A stretch of DNA of 64,000 bases from an uncultured Lawsonia sp. (GTDB lineage Bacteria > Desulfobacterota > Desulfovibrionia > Desulfovibrionales > Desulfovibrionaceae). The notes under the pieces were generated by a model, which was not told where the DNA came from, did not search any database, and worked only from the letters and a program-made list of their open reading frames with translations. Numbering within the stretch: the stretch's first letter is position 1; each line of letters starts with the position of its first letter. A program made the translations under genes and the position numbers. The stretch is from the NCBI GenBank assembly GCA_964369665.1, contig CAYJFS010000003.1:180081-244080 (forward strand), given 5' to 3'. This document shows, one piece after another, positions 28,155 to 38,055 of this stretch.

Positions 28155-29252
28155 ATGACAAATTTGGTAAATCTTACTTACCCTGAACTTGAAGACTTTG
28201 TTACTACTCAGCTCAAAGAAAAACCATTTAGAGCATTACAAATATGGCAATGGTTATGGCAAAAGCAAGTCATCAATTTCGATAATATGACAACACTTTC
28301 ATTAATAGCACGAGCAAAACTAAAAAATTTAGCTACTATAGAATTACCTAAAGTCATACATATACAAACCTCAAAAGACGGAACAAAAAAATTTTTACTT
28401 AAACTTTCCGACAATGCACATATTGAAACAGTCATTATCCCAGCTCAAGGAAAAACAGGGAAAACTCGTATAACTCAATGCCTTTCATCACAGGTAGGTT
28501 GCCCTATGGGGTGTAAATTCTGTAATACTGCAACCATGGGCTTTATCCGAAACTTAACTGCAGGAGAAATTTTAGGCCAAATTATTACTGCAAAGATATA
28601 TCTCAATGATCACAAAATAGATAATCCTATTATTAAAAATCTTGTTTTTATGGGTATGGGTGAACCCTTATTAAACACAAAAGAACTTACACGTGCATTA
28701 CAGATTTTACATTCAGAACAAGGTCTAAATTTTTCATCCAGAAGAATTACTGTCTCAACATGTGGTATAAAAAAAGGTCTTCAAGAATTTAGTAAACAAC
28801 AACTTGCCTTTATTGCACTTTCATTACATGCACCAAACCAAGGCTTAAGAAGCATGCTTATGCCTAAGGCTGCCAAGTGGAATTTAGAAGAGCTCATGTA
28901 TACCTTGCAACAATACCCTTTGCAAAAAAGAGAATATATCACCTTTGAATACCTTTTGTTAAATGGTATTAATGATTCACCTAACCATGCTAAAGAACTA
29001 GCTAAACTGGTTTCTCATGTGAAAGGAAAAATAAATCTTATACCCTACAATCCATCGCAAAAACAACCATATACAGCACCAACAGAAGAAGCCTTACTTG
29101 CCTTTGAAAAAATTTTATGGTCAAAAGGTATTACAACTATTGTTCGTAAAAGCCGAGGACAAGACATTGAGGCTGCATGTGGACAACTTTGTATTCTGCA
29201 TAAAAAATCTCAGCTTGAAAAAAATAAAAAAACTATTCTAAAAAATTCATAA
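28155..29252 (+). CDS. rlmN: 23S rRNA/tRNA adenine-C2 methyltransferase (radical SAM)
   Basis: 365 aa with CLSSQVGCPMGCKFC, GMGEPL and the C-terminal ...GQDIEAACGQL. Confidence 0.92.
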   Translation: MTNLVNLTYPELEDFVTTQLKEKPFRALQIWQWLWQKQVINFDNMTTLSLIARAKLKNLATIELPKVIHIQTSKDGTKKFLLKLSDNAHIETVIIPAQGKTGKTRITQCLSSQVGCPMGCKFCNTATMGFIRNLTAGEILGQIITAKIYLNDHKIDNPIIKNLVFMGMGEPLLNTKELTRALQILHSEQGLNFSSRRITVSTCGIKKGLQEFSKQQLAFIALSLHAPNQGLRSMLMPKAAKWNLEELMYTLQQYPLQKREYITFEYLLLNGINDSPNHAKELAKLVSHVKGKINLIPYNPSQKQPYTAPTEEALLAFEKILWSKGITTIVRKSRGQDIEAACGQLCILHKKSQLEKNKKTILKNS

Positions 29253-30540
29253 GAAGAGCAATACTTTTATCTACACCACCCTTTCTTGGTTCTAACCACA
29301 TAGTAAAACGAGATAGAACATCTTGTGTTGATTGAGTATTTTTTATTTGAGCTTCTAAACTTGCCTCTAATTCTCTTACAGAAAAACAAATATTTATTAA
29401 AGATAAAGAAGACAAACTAACATCCTCTTCCTCAGCAAGTACTGGTTCAAAAACCCATAAAAAATTATCTAAGTGTTGACCAACACATGGGACTTTCCCC
29501 ATACTTAATGGTTCAAGAAAATTCTGACCACCTAATGGTGCTAAACTACCACCTACAAATACAGATTTTGCTAAAGAATACAGTTGTTCTAACTCTCCAA
29601 ATTTATCCCAAATAATAATATCTGCGATATTTTCTAAACTTAACGATACTAACTCTGAACGTTTTTTGAAAGGAAGTTTCACTGAATTCAACCTTTCCGT
29701 CCATGCTTTTACTCTATGCATATGCCTTGGAGCAATGACAATACAAATCTTGTCTTTCCAACGAATATATAGACGCTTTATCATAGGAACAAGTAATGCT
29801 TCTTCTTCCTCTCTTACAGAAGCAAGTACAAGTAATTCTTTATCACATGATAGTTCAACTTTTGAAACTTCTCTTGATATAACTTTAGGAGTAGTCCTAT
29901 CAAACTTAATATTAGGAATAAGACCTACATTATATTCTCCAAAAAGAGCAGAAAAACGTACTGCATCGTCAGAAGATATAGCAGCAATATACCAAGGTGC
30001 TACTGAACGCCAAAATTTGGGAAAAAACCAACTTATCCAATCATAACCTCTAAGGCTACTCTCTCTTATTCTACCATTAAGGATCAATACAGGTATATTT
30101 TTTTTACTACAAGCAATTAATAACCCAGGCCAAAGTTCTGTCTCAAGAAGTACTACAACTTTTGGTTTTACCTGTTCTAAAGCTTTTTCCATAAGATATG
30201 GATCATCCAATGGAACAAATTGAACTTGAATATTTATATCTTGTCTAATTGTCAGTAAATAATTTTTTGCCTCCTCTAAAACTATTTGGCCTTGTTCTGT
30301 CCAAGTAGTAAGCAAAAAACGTAAACTTCTATTTTGTAATGGAATATGCTCAAGTAAAGTCCGAACAAGATAGGCTTCTCCACCAGAGGCAGCTTGTATC
30401 CAAACATCTGCTGAATCAGACCAATTATAAGGGACTAAACGCTGCTCAAAGCCTTTTCGCAATCTTTTATGATGTTGCAAGAATGGCCGTATAAGTCTCC
30501 ATAATATGGAATAACCAAAAGAAAAAAAACTATTATTCAT
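29233..30540 (-). CDS. waaA: 3-deoxy-D-manno-octulosonic acid (Kdo) transferase
   Basis: 435 aa with WIQAASGGEAYL and ...GGSLAPLGGQNFLEP, typical of KdtA/WaaA. Its start overlaps the ddl stop by 8 bp and its 3' end overlaps the rlmN 3' end by 20 bp. Confidence 0.88.
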   Translation of the reverse strand: MNNSFFSFGYSILWRLIRPFLQHHKRLRKGFEQRLVPYNWSDSADVWIQAASGGEAYLVRTLLEHIPLQNRSLRFLLTTWTEQGQIVLEEAKNYLLTIRQDINIQVQFVPLDDPYLMEKALEQVKPKVVVLLETELWPGLLIACSKKNIPVLILNGRIRESSLRGYDWISWFFPKFWRSVAPWYIAAISSDDAVRFSALFGEYNVGLIPNIKFDRTTPKVISREVSKVELSCDKELLVLASVREEEEALLVPMIKRLYIRWKDKICIVIAPRHMHRVKAWTERLNSVKLPFKKRSELVSLSLENIADIIIWDKFGELEQLYSLAKSVFVGGSLAPLGGQNFLEPLSMGKVPCVGQHLDNFLWVFEPVLAEEEDVSLSSLSLINICFSVRELEASLEAQIKNTQSTQDVLSRFTMWLEPRKGGVDKSIALLMNFLE

Positions 30541-31456
30541 ATTCTCTAGTCTTTCTAAAATCTTGAACAGCTAAATGGAGTAATCTATCAACTAAAAGAG
30601 GAAAAGAAATCCCAATAGCTGCAGCTTCTTGAGGAACAAGACTTGTTGTTGTCATTCCTGGTATTGTGTTAACTTCTAACAAAAATAAAGTTCCATCATC
30701 ACAAAGAATAAAATCAGAGCGACTATAATCTAATAAACCTAAAGCATTATGTGCTCTTAAAGAAATATTTTGGATATCTTGCAATATACTCTCTGCTAAT
30801 GGAGCTGGACAAATTTCTTCTGCACCATCTAAAGAATACTTATTATGATAATCAAAGAATACACCACGACTTTGAATTAATACTGGAGGTAATGCTTGAC
30901 CATCAAGTACACCACAAGAAACTTCTTTCCCCTTAATAGACTCTTCAACTAAAACCTCCTCTCCAGCAGAAAATAAAGTACACATGGCCTGTAAAAGTTC
31001 TTCATCACTATACACAAGACTAATTTTTATACTTGAACCACCCTTATTAGGTTTAACAAATAATGGATACTTAAGTTCATGTTGCCAGTCTTTACCAGGA
31101 TCAATAGGTAAAAAAATACTTTTAGGTGTAACAATGCCTTCTTTACGAAAAAAAACTTTTGCTGCAGCCTTATGTAAAGCAAGGAATGATCCAGATGCAT
31201 TTGAACCTTGATATGGACACCCTATTCTTTCAAAGATAGCCTGAAAAAGACCATCTTCTCCTGGTGAGCCATGTAAATGAATAAAAGCAACATCATGCTG
31301 TTGTGCTAAAGGAATAATTTTTTCAAAATCTATAAGTGGATCAAGACAAGTAACAATATGCCCACATTGTTCCATTGCTGAAAGTATAGCTCCTGAGCTC
31401 TGTAAAGAAATATCACGCTCTGTAGACCAACCACCTACTAATAAAAGTACTTTCAT
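30533..31456 (-). CDS. ddl: D-alanine--D-alanine ligase
   Basis: 307 aa ATP-grasp protein with HGSPGEDG, KPNKGGSS and LLEVNTIPGMT. Confidence 0.93.
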   Translation of the reverse strand: MKVLLLVGGWSTERDISLQSSGAILSAMEQCGHIVTCLDPLIDFEKIIPLAQQHDVAFIHLHGSPGEDGLFQAIFERIGCPYQGSNASGSFLALHKAAAKVFFRKEGIVTPKSIFLPIDPGKDWQHELKYPLFVKPNKGGSSIKISLVYSDEELLQAMCTLFSAGEEVLVEESIKGKEVSCGVLDGQALPPVLIQSRGVFFDYHNKYSLDGAEEICPAPLAESILQDIQNISLRAHNALGLLDYSRSDFILCDDGTLFLLEVNTIPGMTTTSLVPQEAAAIGISFPLLVDRLLHLAVQDFRKTREYE

Positions 31457-32188
31457 GGAAAGGTAACTTAAACTCCTTTATAAAAAACCTTTTTATACCC
31501 TAATACACAACTTGCTTAAAATTATTGATGCTTTCTATGTATATTCAAAAATATGCAGTACCACTCCAAACTCATGGTAATAAAATACACTATCCCTTTT
31601 CTTTTTCTAATTATACTGCTTGTATTAATTGTATAGTCACTCCAAAAGACACCATAAAAACCTCAAAACTTTTTATATAACCTGTCCACAACATAAAAGA
31701 TGATTACCTCCATACGCTAATGTATATTTTTTCGCAATATTACAATAAGCCATCCTTAGATATCTCAATTATCTATTTTTTAATTTAACTCTTTCTAAAG
31801 AGACTATAATATCTTACTACCCTAAAACATTAGGGTGGAAATATACCTTTTGGCTACTACAAACAGCTATTGTTTTATGGGAAATGATAATCAGAGCTTC
31901 ATTCTAAAACTATAAAAAATAACTTAATGCGCATATGTATGATTAACAGCAAATATTATGGTTCAATTATCCATACAAAGCATAGTTTTAATATAGTCGT
32001 TAAATATTACCATGTCTTTATCAGGCTAAACTAAAAAAAATACTTTCTATATAAAACTGAAAATAGTTTAGTATCATTTAACCAGCTTTAAATCATTCTT
32101 AATAAAAAACCTGCAATGCTGAAATTTAGCTCTTATACTTTAAGAAATTAAAATTAACTTTTCTTAAATTTATTATTTAATAAAGGCC

Positions 32189-32213
32189 CAAAGGAATATA
32201 GATTATTCCTTTG
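32189..32213 (-). terminator. rho-independent terminator of the CII-like gene
   Basis: Perfect 10-bp stem CAAAGGAATA / TATTCCTTTG with a 5-nt loop, 34 nt past the stop at 32247. On the minus strand a short T-rich stretch (GGCCTTTATTAAAT) follows, not a canonical U-run. Confidence 0.6.
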
Positions 32214-32246
32214 AACCCAAAAAATATAAAAACAACTTATTCAGCT

Positions 32247-32528
32247 TTACAATGAAAAGCTTCCACCGGATGATGATGATGAATTAGATGCATGAGGCTC
32301 AAGTCTATACCCCATCTCTAAAGCCATTTTTTCTAAAGGAGAAATATTCCCTGTTGTTTTCATAATATGTAACAATGTTTCTGCTCCAAGCTTTGCACCT
32401 GTATCATAAGGGTTCACTTCACGTAATAATGTAGAGTATGGTTTACCTACAGCTTGTGCGATAGCTTTTGCTCCAAGAGGACTTTCCAAAACCAAGTCAT
32501 GAACTGCACTAATAAAATCATTAGACAT
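32247..32528 (-). CDS. small phage-186-CII (CP76)-family-like HTH regulator with Ser-rich tail
   Basis: 93 aa. GAKAIAQAVGKPYSTLLREVNPYDTGAKLGAETLLHIMKTTGN follows the A..aG....tLrnklNP......eL..l pattern of the CP76/CII family as I recall it. The C-terminus is SNSSSSSGGSFSL. It has its own terminator. Confidence 0.5.
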   Translation of the reverse strand: MSNDFISAVHDLVLESPLGAKAIAQAVGKPYSTLLREVNPYDTGAKLGAETLLHIMKTTGNISPLEKMALEMGYRLEPHASNSSSSSGGSFSL

Positions 32529-33288
32529 GATTCCTCTCCTAAACTAAAGTTTATTCCTTATAAAAACTATTAAAACTTCTAATCTATCTAAATTAGATGA
32601 TTATCAAAAATATTCTAATGGCTGATGGATTATATCGCCTATAAAATAATATCTTTTATTCCATAGAACATATGGAACAAAAAAAAAACTCTAGAAAAGG
32701 AGTATAAGAAGAGTAGACAAATAGAAATATCAATACCTATTAATGATACCCATATAAACTTTATCACATAAAACATATAGCCATAAATAAACAAAGTCAT
32801 TACACCTAATAAAAATCTATACAAATAAGCTACTCACAAAAAATACTCAGGGGTATCTATTCCAAATAAAAATTATTCTAGTAACAGACATAAAAAAAGA
32901 TATTTTTCTATTTAAAAAGAATGTATCTTAATTAGGTATATAATTTTTATAATATATTATAAAAATTATTAAGGTTAATTATGAAATTTTTCTGAACTAG
33001 TATAACTGGCAATATAGTTATATAAAAAAATCATAAATACTTTTTCTAAAAAAATTCATAGGAATGCTCTTGTAAAATTTATCTATGCCTTTATTAAGAT
33101 TATACTTTTTAATCTATGACTAAATAATTTTTATGTTGCTATACAAAACTCCACACTACTATATAAACCACCCAATTAGGTAATCTACTCTTTATATAAA
33201 CAACGCTTATCCTAATTCCTTTAAACCTTATATTCTAAAAAATATGTGATTAAAGACTATCTAAACAAGAGTACTCTTGTAAAAAAAA

Positions 33289-33318
33289 TCTCTATGCACT
33301 TCATAAAGTACATAGAGA
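33289..33318 (-). terminator. rho-independent terminator of dnaJ
   Basis: Stem TCTCTATG / CATAGAGA with a 14-nt loop. On the minus strand an 8-nt T-run follows, about 30 nt downstream of the dnaJ stop. Confidence 0.6.
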
Positions 33319-33345
33319 AAAAAATAAAATAATTTATTGTAAAAA

Positions 33346-34470
33346 CTATTTCATGCCCATAGCTTGGCCAAGTTTTTTAGCAACTTTTTTAACTTTTTCC
33401 ATTGGGCTTCCTTCAGCAATAGATTGAAACTCTAAAAGTAATTCTTCTTGCCTCTCTGTAAGTTTACTTGGTGTTATAACTGTAAGCTCTACTAAGAGAT
33501 CACCATATCTTTTTTGACCAATATATTGCAAACCTTTCTTAGGAATACGTAAAATTGTACCACTTTGTGTACCAGAAGGAACTTTTAGTTCTAAGGTTTC
33601 ATCTAGCCCTGGAATAGTCAATGTATGGCCAAGTGCTGCCTGAGGAAAAGAAATTTTGGATCTATATAAAAGATCCTGTCCATGCCTCTGATATATAGAA
33701 CTTTCTTCAACAGTAATAACAACATAAAGATCACCTGCAGGACCACCATATAGCCCTGGCTCTCCTTCTTGACGGACCCTTAGACGATTCCCAGTATCAA
33801 CTCCTGCTGGAACAGAAACCTTAATATCTCTTGTTTTTTGAACTACCCCTCTCCCTTTACATAAAGGACATGGATGAAGAATAACTGAACCTTCTCCATG
33901 ACATGTTGGGCAAGAAACTATAAATTGAAAAAAGCCTTGTGTATTGCGTACTTGACCAGAACCACCACAGTCTTTACATGTCTCCTTAGAGTGACCTTTA
34001 GCAGAACCAGAACCATTACATTCTTCACAGGTACAATTTTTTGGAATACTTAAAGGTATTTCTGCCCCATGAACCATTTGTTCAAAAGATATAGTAAGGT
34101 TATACCGTAAATCAGCTCCAGCTGCAGCACGAGAACTACTCTTTTGCCTTCCGCTGTTCATAGTAAAACCAAAAATATCTCCGAAAATATCTCCAAAATG
34201 AGAAAAAACATCATCTGCTGAAGCAAAATCATTGAATCCTGTATTACCTATACCTGCTTCACCAAATTGATCATAACGTGCACGCTTTTCTGAATCACGC
34301 AAAATTTCATAAACCTGAGCAGCTTCTTTAAATTTTTGTTCTGCTTCTGGATTATTTGGATTATGATCAGGATGATATTTTAAAGCTAATTTTCTATATG
34401 CTTTCTTTATTTCATCTTGTGAGGCGCTACGAGATACACCAAGTACTTCATAATAATCTCTTTGAATCAT
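33346..34470 (-). CDS. dnaJ: molecular chaperone DnaJ
   Basis: 374 aa. It has a J-domain (YYEVLGV...HPD), a G/F region and four CxxCxGxG zinc-finger motifs. Confidence 0.96.
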   Translation of the reverse strand: MIQRDYYEVLGVSRSASQDEIKKAYRKLALKYHPDHNPNNPEAEQKFKEAAQVYEILRDSEKRARYDQFGEAGIGNTGFNDFASADDVFSHFGDIFGDIFGFTMNSGRQKSSSRAAAGADLRYNLTISFEQMVHGAEIPLSIPKNCTCEECNGSGSAKGHSKETCKDCGGSGQVRNTQGFFQFIVSCPTCHGEGSVILHPCPLCKGRGVVQKTRDIKVSVPAGVDTGNRLRVRQEGEPGLYGGPAGDLYVVITVEESSIYQRHGQDLLYRSKISFPQAALGHTLTIPGLDETLELKVPSGTQSGTILRIPKKGLQYIGQKRYGDLLVELTVITPSKLTERQEELLLEFQSIAEGSPMEKVKKVAKKLGQAMGMK

Positions 34471-34519
34471 ATTATTACTGTTTTATTTAAATTTATTGTT
34501 GAGTATATTAAAAATGTTT

Positions 34520-34720
34520 CTATGTATAATAACTCACATCTTCAGGTAAAATTTTACCTGCAGCAATTTCTCTTAAAGCAGTTACAATTTCTTTATTACG
34601 TGATTGAACCAGTGGTTCATAGCCTTCACGATATTGATGTACACGCTTAATAGCCATCTGAACTAACAAAAAACGATTACTTATATGCTGCTGACAATCT
34701 TCAACCGTTATACGAGCCAT
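34520..34720 (-). CDS. rpoZ: DNA-directed RNA polymerase subunit omega
   Basis: 66 aa. MARITVEDC...NRF.LV..A.KR is the canonical RpoZ N-terminus. Confidence 0.9.
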   Translation of the reverse strand: MARITVEDCQQHISNRFLLVQMAIKRVHQYREGYEPLVQSRNKEIVTALREIAAGKILPEDVSYYT

Positions 34721-34871
34721 TAAAATTCTCCCTCAAACTCCAATTAATAAACATATTTTTTCTATACTAGAGTTCACATTTAAGTAATGCTGACAACTTA
34801 CAATGTCAACTACTATCCTGCCATAGAAAGCTCTATACTTAATCAAAAAACAACATCCAATAAACTTTTTA

Positions 34872-36392
34872 TTATACATATTTCTTTAAAAAATGTATAC
34901 ATGTCCTTACTCCAAAACCTGTTCCACCTGCTGTACATAGATCATTTTTTTTAGCAATAAAAGCTGGTCCAGCTATATCTAAATGTGCCCATACAACATC
35001 AGGCTTTACAAACTGCTTTAAAAAAATTGCTGCTGTAGAAGCACCTGCTTCTCGACCACCAGCATTTGTAAAATCTGCAGTATCGCTTTTCAATGCTTCA
35101 AAATATCGGTCATCCAAGGGTAATGGCCAAAAAGGCTCATTGACTTTTTCACCAATTTCAAGAATATCTTCTACAAGATTTTGGTTACTTGAAAAAACAC
35201 CTGCCACATCATCACCAAGTGCTACAACACATGCACCTGTTAATGTAGCTATATCTATCATAACTGCTGGTGACCATCTATTCTGTGCATAAGTAAGAGT
35301 GTCACAAACAACAAGCCTACCTTCTGCATCAGTATTAACAATTTCAATAGTTTTACCACTTAATGAAACAACGACATCCCCAGGCTTCACAGATTTACCA
35401 TCAGGCATATTCTCTGCACAGGCAAGCAACCCTACTACATGTACTGGTAACTGTAGTTGTCCTAAAGCCTCAAACAATGCAAGGACAGCACCTGCTCCAG
35501 ACATATCGCATTTCATCTCCCACATTTTTGAAGCTGGCTTAATGGATAAGCCTCCACTATCAAATGTAATACCTTTACCGACATATACAATTGGAGCTTT
35601 ATCTTCACATCCAGTGGGAGCATATTCTAATATTATGAGTCGTGGCTCTTGAACAGAGCCAGAAGCTACAGAAGCAAAAGCTCCCATACCTAAAGAGATA
35701 ATAGTTTCTCTGTCCAAGGCTTCATAAGCCATATTATAACGTTGAGCTATAGCATAGGCTTCTTCTGCCATTTTTATTGGAGTCAAATCATTGCCTGGCA
35801 TATTTGCAACATTACGTGCTAACGTAACAGCCTTCACAGTAGCTATTCCTTGTTTAACAGCTCTATCGAACGCTTCTGTTGGAGCATCTTCACTACAAAG
35901 TAATTTAAAACATTTTGGATCTTTCTGTAGATCTTCTTTTCCTGAATCAGATTTCCAATCAACATATCTGTATAACGAAAAACCTACTGCACAGATAATT
36001 TCTTCAATAATATATTCTAAGTTAGCACAAAAACGTAAAAGAGGTTTTACAGGTGTTCCAAAATTTTCTAAACCTAACCCTCTACAATGAACACTTAACT
36101 TACCTATAGAGTTCCTTACAGTTTCTATGACTTTATTTTCTGTAAGTTTTTCACGTTTTCCAAGCCCAATAACAACAGCTCTAGATATGGACATTGAAGG
36201 TGGACCATATGCGACAACTAATTCACCCTTTTTACCATGAATATCTCTTAATGCTGGAGAAATAGCTAGCCATGGAGCTACTTCTATAAGCTCCGCATAG
36301 ACATCTTCTAAGACTTCTTCTTCAAAAATAGGTAATACTACAGCATCTGTAGACCATTTTTTAGCTCCACCTATCTGCACCTCAAAATCCAT
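34872..36392 (-). CDS. pepA: leucyl aminopeptidase (M17)
   Basis: 506 aa with VGKGITFDSGG and the M17 signature NTDAEGRL. Confidence 0.93.
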   Translation of the reverse strand: MDFEVQIGGAKKWSTDAVVLPIFEEEVLEDVYAELIEVAPWLAISPALRDIHGKKGELVVAYGPPSMSISRAVVIGLGKREKLTENKVIETVRNSIGKLSVHCRGLGLENFGTPVKPLLRFCANLEYIIEEIICAVGFSLYRYVDWKSDSGKEDLQKDPKCFKLLCSEDAPTEAFDRAVKQGIATVKAVTLARNVANMPGNDLTPIKMAEEAYAIAQRYNMAYEALDRETIISLGMGAFASVASGSVQEPRLIILEYAPTGCEDKAPIVYVGKGITFDSGGLSIKPASKMWEMKCDMSGAGAVLALFEALGQLQLPVHVVGLLACAENMPDGKSVKPGDVVVSLSGKTIEIVNTDAEGRLVVCDTLTYAQNRWSPAVMIDIATLTGACVVALGDDVAGVFSSNQNLVEDILEIGEKVNEPFWPLPLDDRYFEALKSDTADFTNAGGREAGASTAAIFLKQFVKPDVVWAHLDIAGPAFIAKKNDLCTAGGTGFGVRTCIHFLKKYV

Positions 36393-36434
36393 AAATATAG
36401 TACCTCTCTTTCTACTTTTAGCTCTATAAATAAA

Positions 36435-37829
36435 CTACTCAACAGAATGAATCCCATAGCTTTTTAACTTTCGATGTAGGTAACTTCTTTCTAAGCCAAT
36501 AATTTCTGCAAGCCGAGAAACATTACCTCCACAGCTCTGTAATTTTACTGATAAATATTTTGCCTCAAATAAAGTTTTTGCTTGTTTAAACTCTATATCT
36601 TCAGGGATTTGGATAGGGATACCTTCTATTTGTTCAACATAAAAAGTATCTTTAAAAGACTGTGCTTCCCCTAATATTTCTGAAGGGAGTTCATTAACAC
36701 AAATTTTTTTACCAGCATAGAGAATAAGCATTCTTTCCGTAAAATTTCTTAACTCTCTTACATTACCTGGCCAACTGTATTTCTTTAAAATATCTATACT
36801 TTTTTTTGTAAAAAATGGTGATTTATAACCATATTGTTTACAAAGTTGAGCCACAAAGGTTGTGAGTAATAACTCAATATCTGAACCTCTATCTCGTAAA
36901 GGAGGTAAGTGTAAAGGTATCACCCTTAACCGATAATATAAATCTTTCCGAAACAACCCAGCACCTATGGCTTCTTCAAGGTTCTTATTTGTTGCTGCAA
37001 TAACACGTACATTTACTTTTATTGTACGTGTACTACCTAATCGCTCAAAAGACTGTTCTTGTAAAATACGTAAAATTTTTGCCTGCGTTTTTATACTCAT
37101 ATCAGCTATTTCATCAAGAAAAAGCGTTCCTTTATGAGCCATTTCAAAACGACCAACCCTAGTAGAATCTGCACCTGTAAAAGCACCTTTTTCATGGCCA
37201 AACAGCTCACTTTCTATTAATTCTTCTGGAATTGCTGCACAATTAACAGCTACCAAAGGCTCTTGAACACGACTACTACCTGCATGTAAAGCACGTGCTG
37301 CAAGCTCTTTACCTGTACCATTTTCACCTGTAAGAAGTACCCATGCATCTGTTGGAGCTACACAAAAAAGCATTTTACGAAACTCTAACATTGCTGAAGA
37401 CTCACCTAGTAACTGACCTGTTTCTGGCAAAGCTTTACGTAAACGACGATTTTCACGTCGTAGAAGACATGCCTCTATAGCTCTATTAGCAGTAATCAAT
37501 ACTTTTTCTAAAGAAAGAGGTTTTTCTATAAAGTCATAAGCTCCTTGACGAATTGCTGTTACAGCTGTTTCAATAGTACCATGACCAGAAATCATAATAA
37601 TAGGTAAGTCTGGATACATTTTTTGTATTTCTTCTAAAGCTGTCAAACCATCCATTTTTGGTAACCAAATATCAAGAAAAATCAAGTCAGGGTTATTTAT
37701 TTCTATATACTTAAGTCCTTCTTCTGCAGAACTTATCCCAAAAACTTCATGACCTTCATCTTCAAAAATACCTTGTAATGAAAAACGAATAGACTCTTCA
37801 TCATCTATAATAAGAACACGTGCACCCAT
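36435..37829 (-). CDS. sigma-54-dependent response regulator (NtrC/AtoC family: REC + AAA+ + Fis-type HTH)
   Basis: 464 aa. It has a receiver domain (DDEESIR...DIWLPKMDG), Walker A GENGTGKE, the GAFTGA sigma-54 contact loop (EKGAFTGA) and a C-terminal HTH. No histidine kinase is adjacent. Confidence 0.92.
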   Translation of the reverse strand: MGARVLIIDDEESIRFSLQGIFEDEGHEVFGISSAEEGLKYIEINNPDLIFLDIWLPKMDGLTALEEIQKMYPDLPIIMISGHGTIETAVTAIRQGAYDFIEKPLSLEKVLITANRAIEACLLRRENRRLRKALPETGQLLGESSAMLEFRKMLFCVAPTDAWVLLTGENGTGKELAARALHAGSSRVQEPLVAVNCAAIPEELIESELFGHEKGAFTGADSTRVGRFEMAHKGTLFLDEIADMSIKTQAKILRILQEQSFERLGSTRTIKVNVRVIAATNKNLEEAIGAGLFRKDLYYRLRVIPLHLPPLRDRGSDIELLLTTFVAQLCKQYGYKSPFFTKKSIDILKKYSWPGNVRELRNFTERMLILYAGKKICVNELPSEILGEAQSFKDTFYVEQIEGIPIQIPEDIEFKQAKTLFEAKYLSVKLQSCGGNVSRLAEIIGLERSYLHRKLKSYGIHSVE

Positions 37830-38055
37830 TTAACCTAATCCTCTTAATAAGCAGACTATTTTATCATTAGTATAATAATTTATCATAATAAAATATTTCC
37901 TATCATAGTCACATTTATTGGTATATTCTTTTCATTAAAATTGTTAATATCTTTTTTATAAAAATTTATTAATTCTTAGATATTCTAATATGTAAGCATC
38001 AAAATGTCCTTATGTAATAGCTCAGTCATCTGAAAAAACCACTCATAAACACTGT

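Noticed and set aside
32639-32824. 61-aa very hydrophobic ORF (F/I/Y/L-rich) upstream of the CII-like gene.
   Set aside because: Its composition is what translation of T-rich, AT-only spacer DNA produces. I saw no convincing RBS and it has no similarity to anything I recognise, so I did not call it.
33265-33278. 14-bp perfect palindrome CAAGAGTACTCTTG just beyond the dnaJ terminator.
   Set aside because: As a hairpin the loop would be too small to form. It is probably incidental, or part of the terminator region already annotated.
37919-37934. TGGTAT-ATTCT-TTTCA, a sigma-54-like element upstream of tamA and next to the EBP gene.
   Set aside because: The essential -12 GC is TC and the -24 region is TGGTAT rather than TGGCAC, so it is too degenerate.
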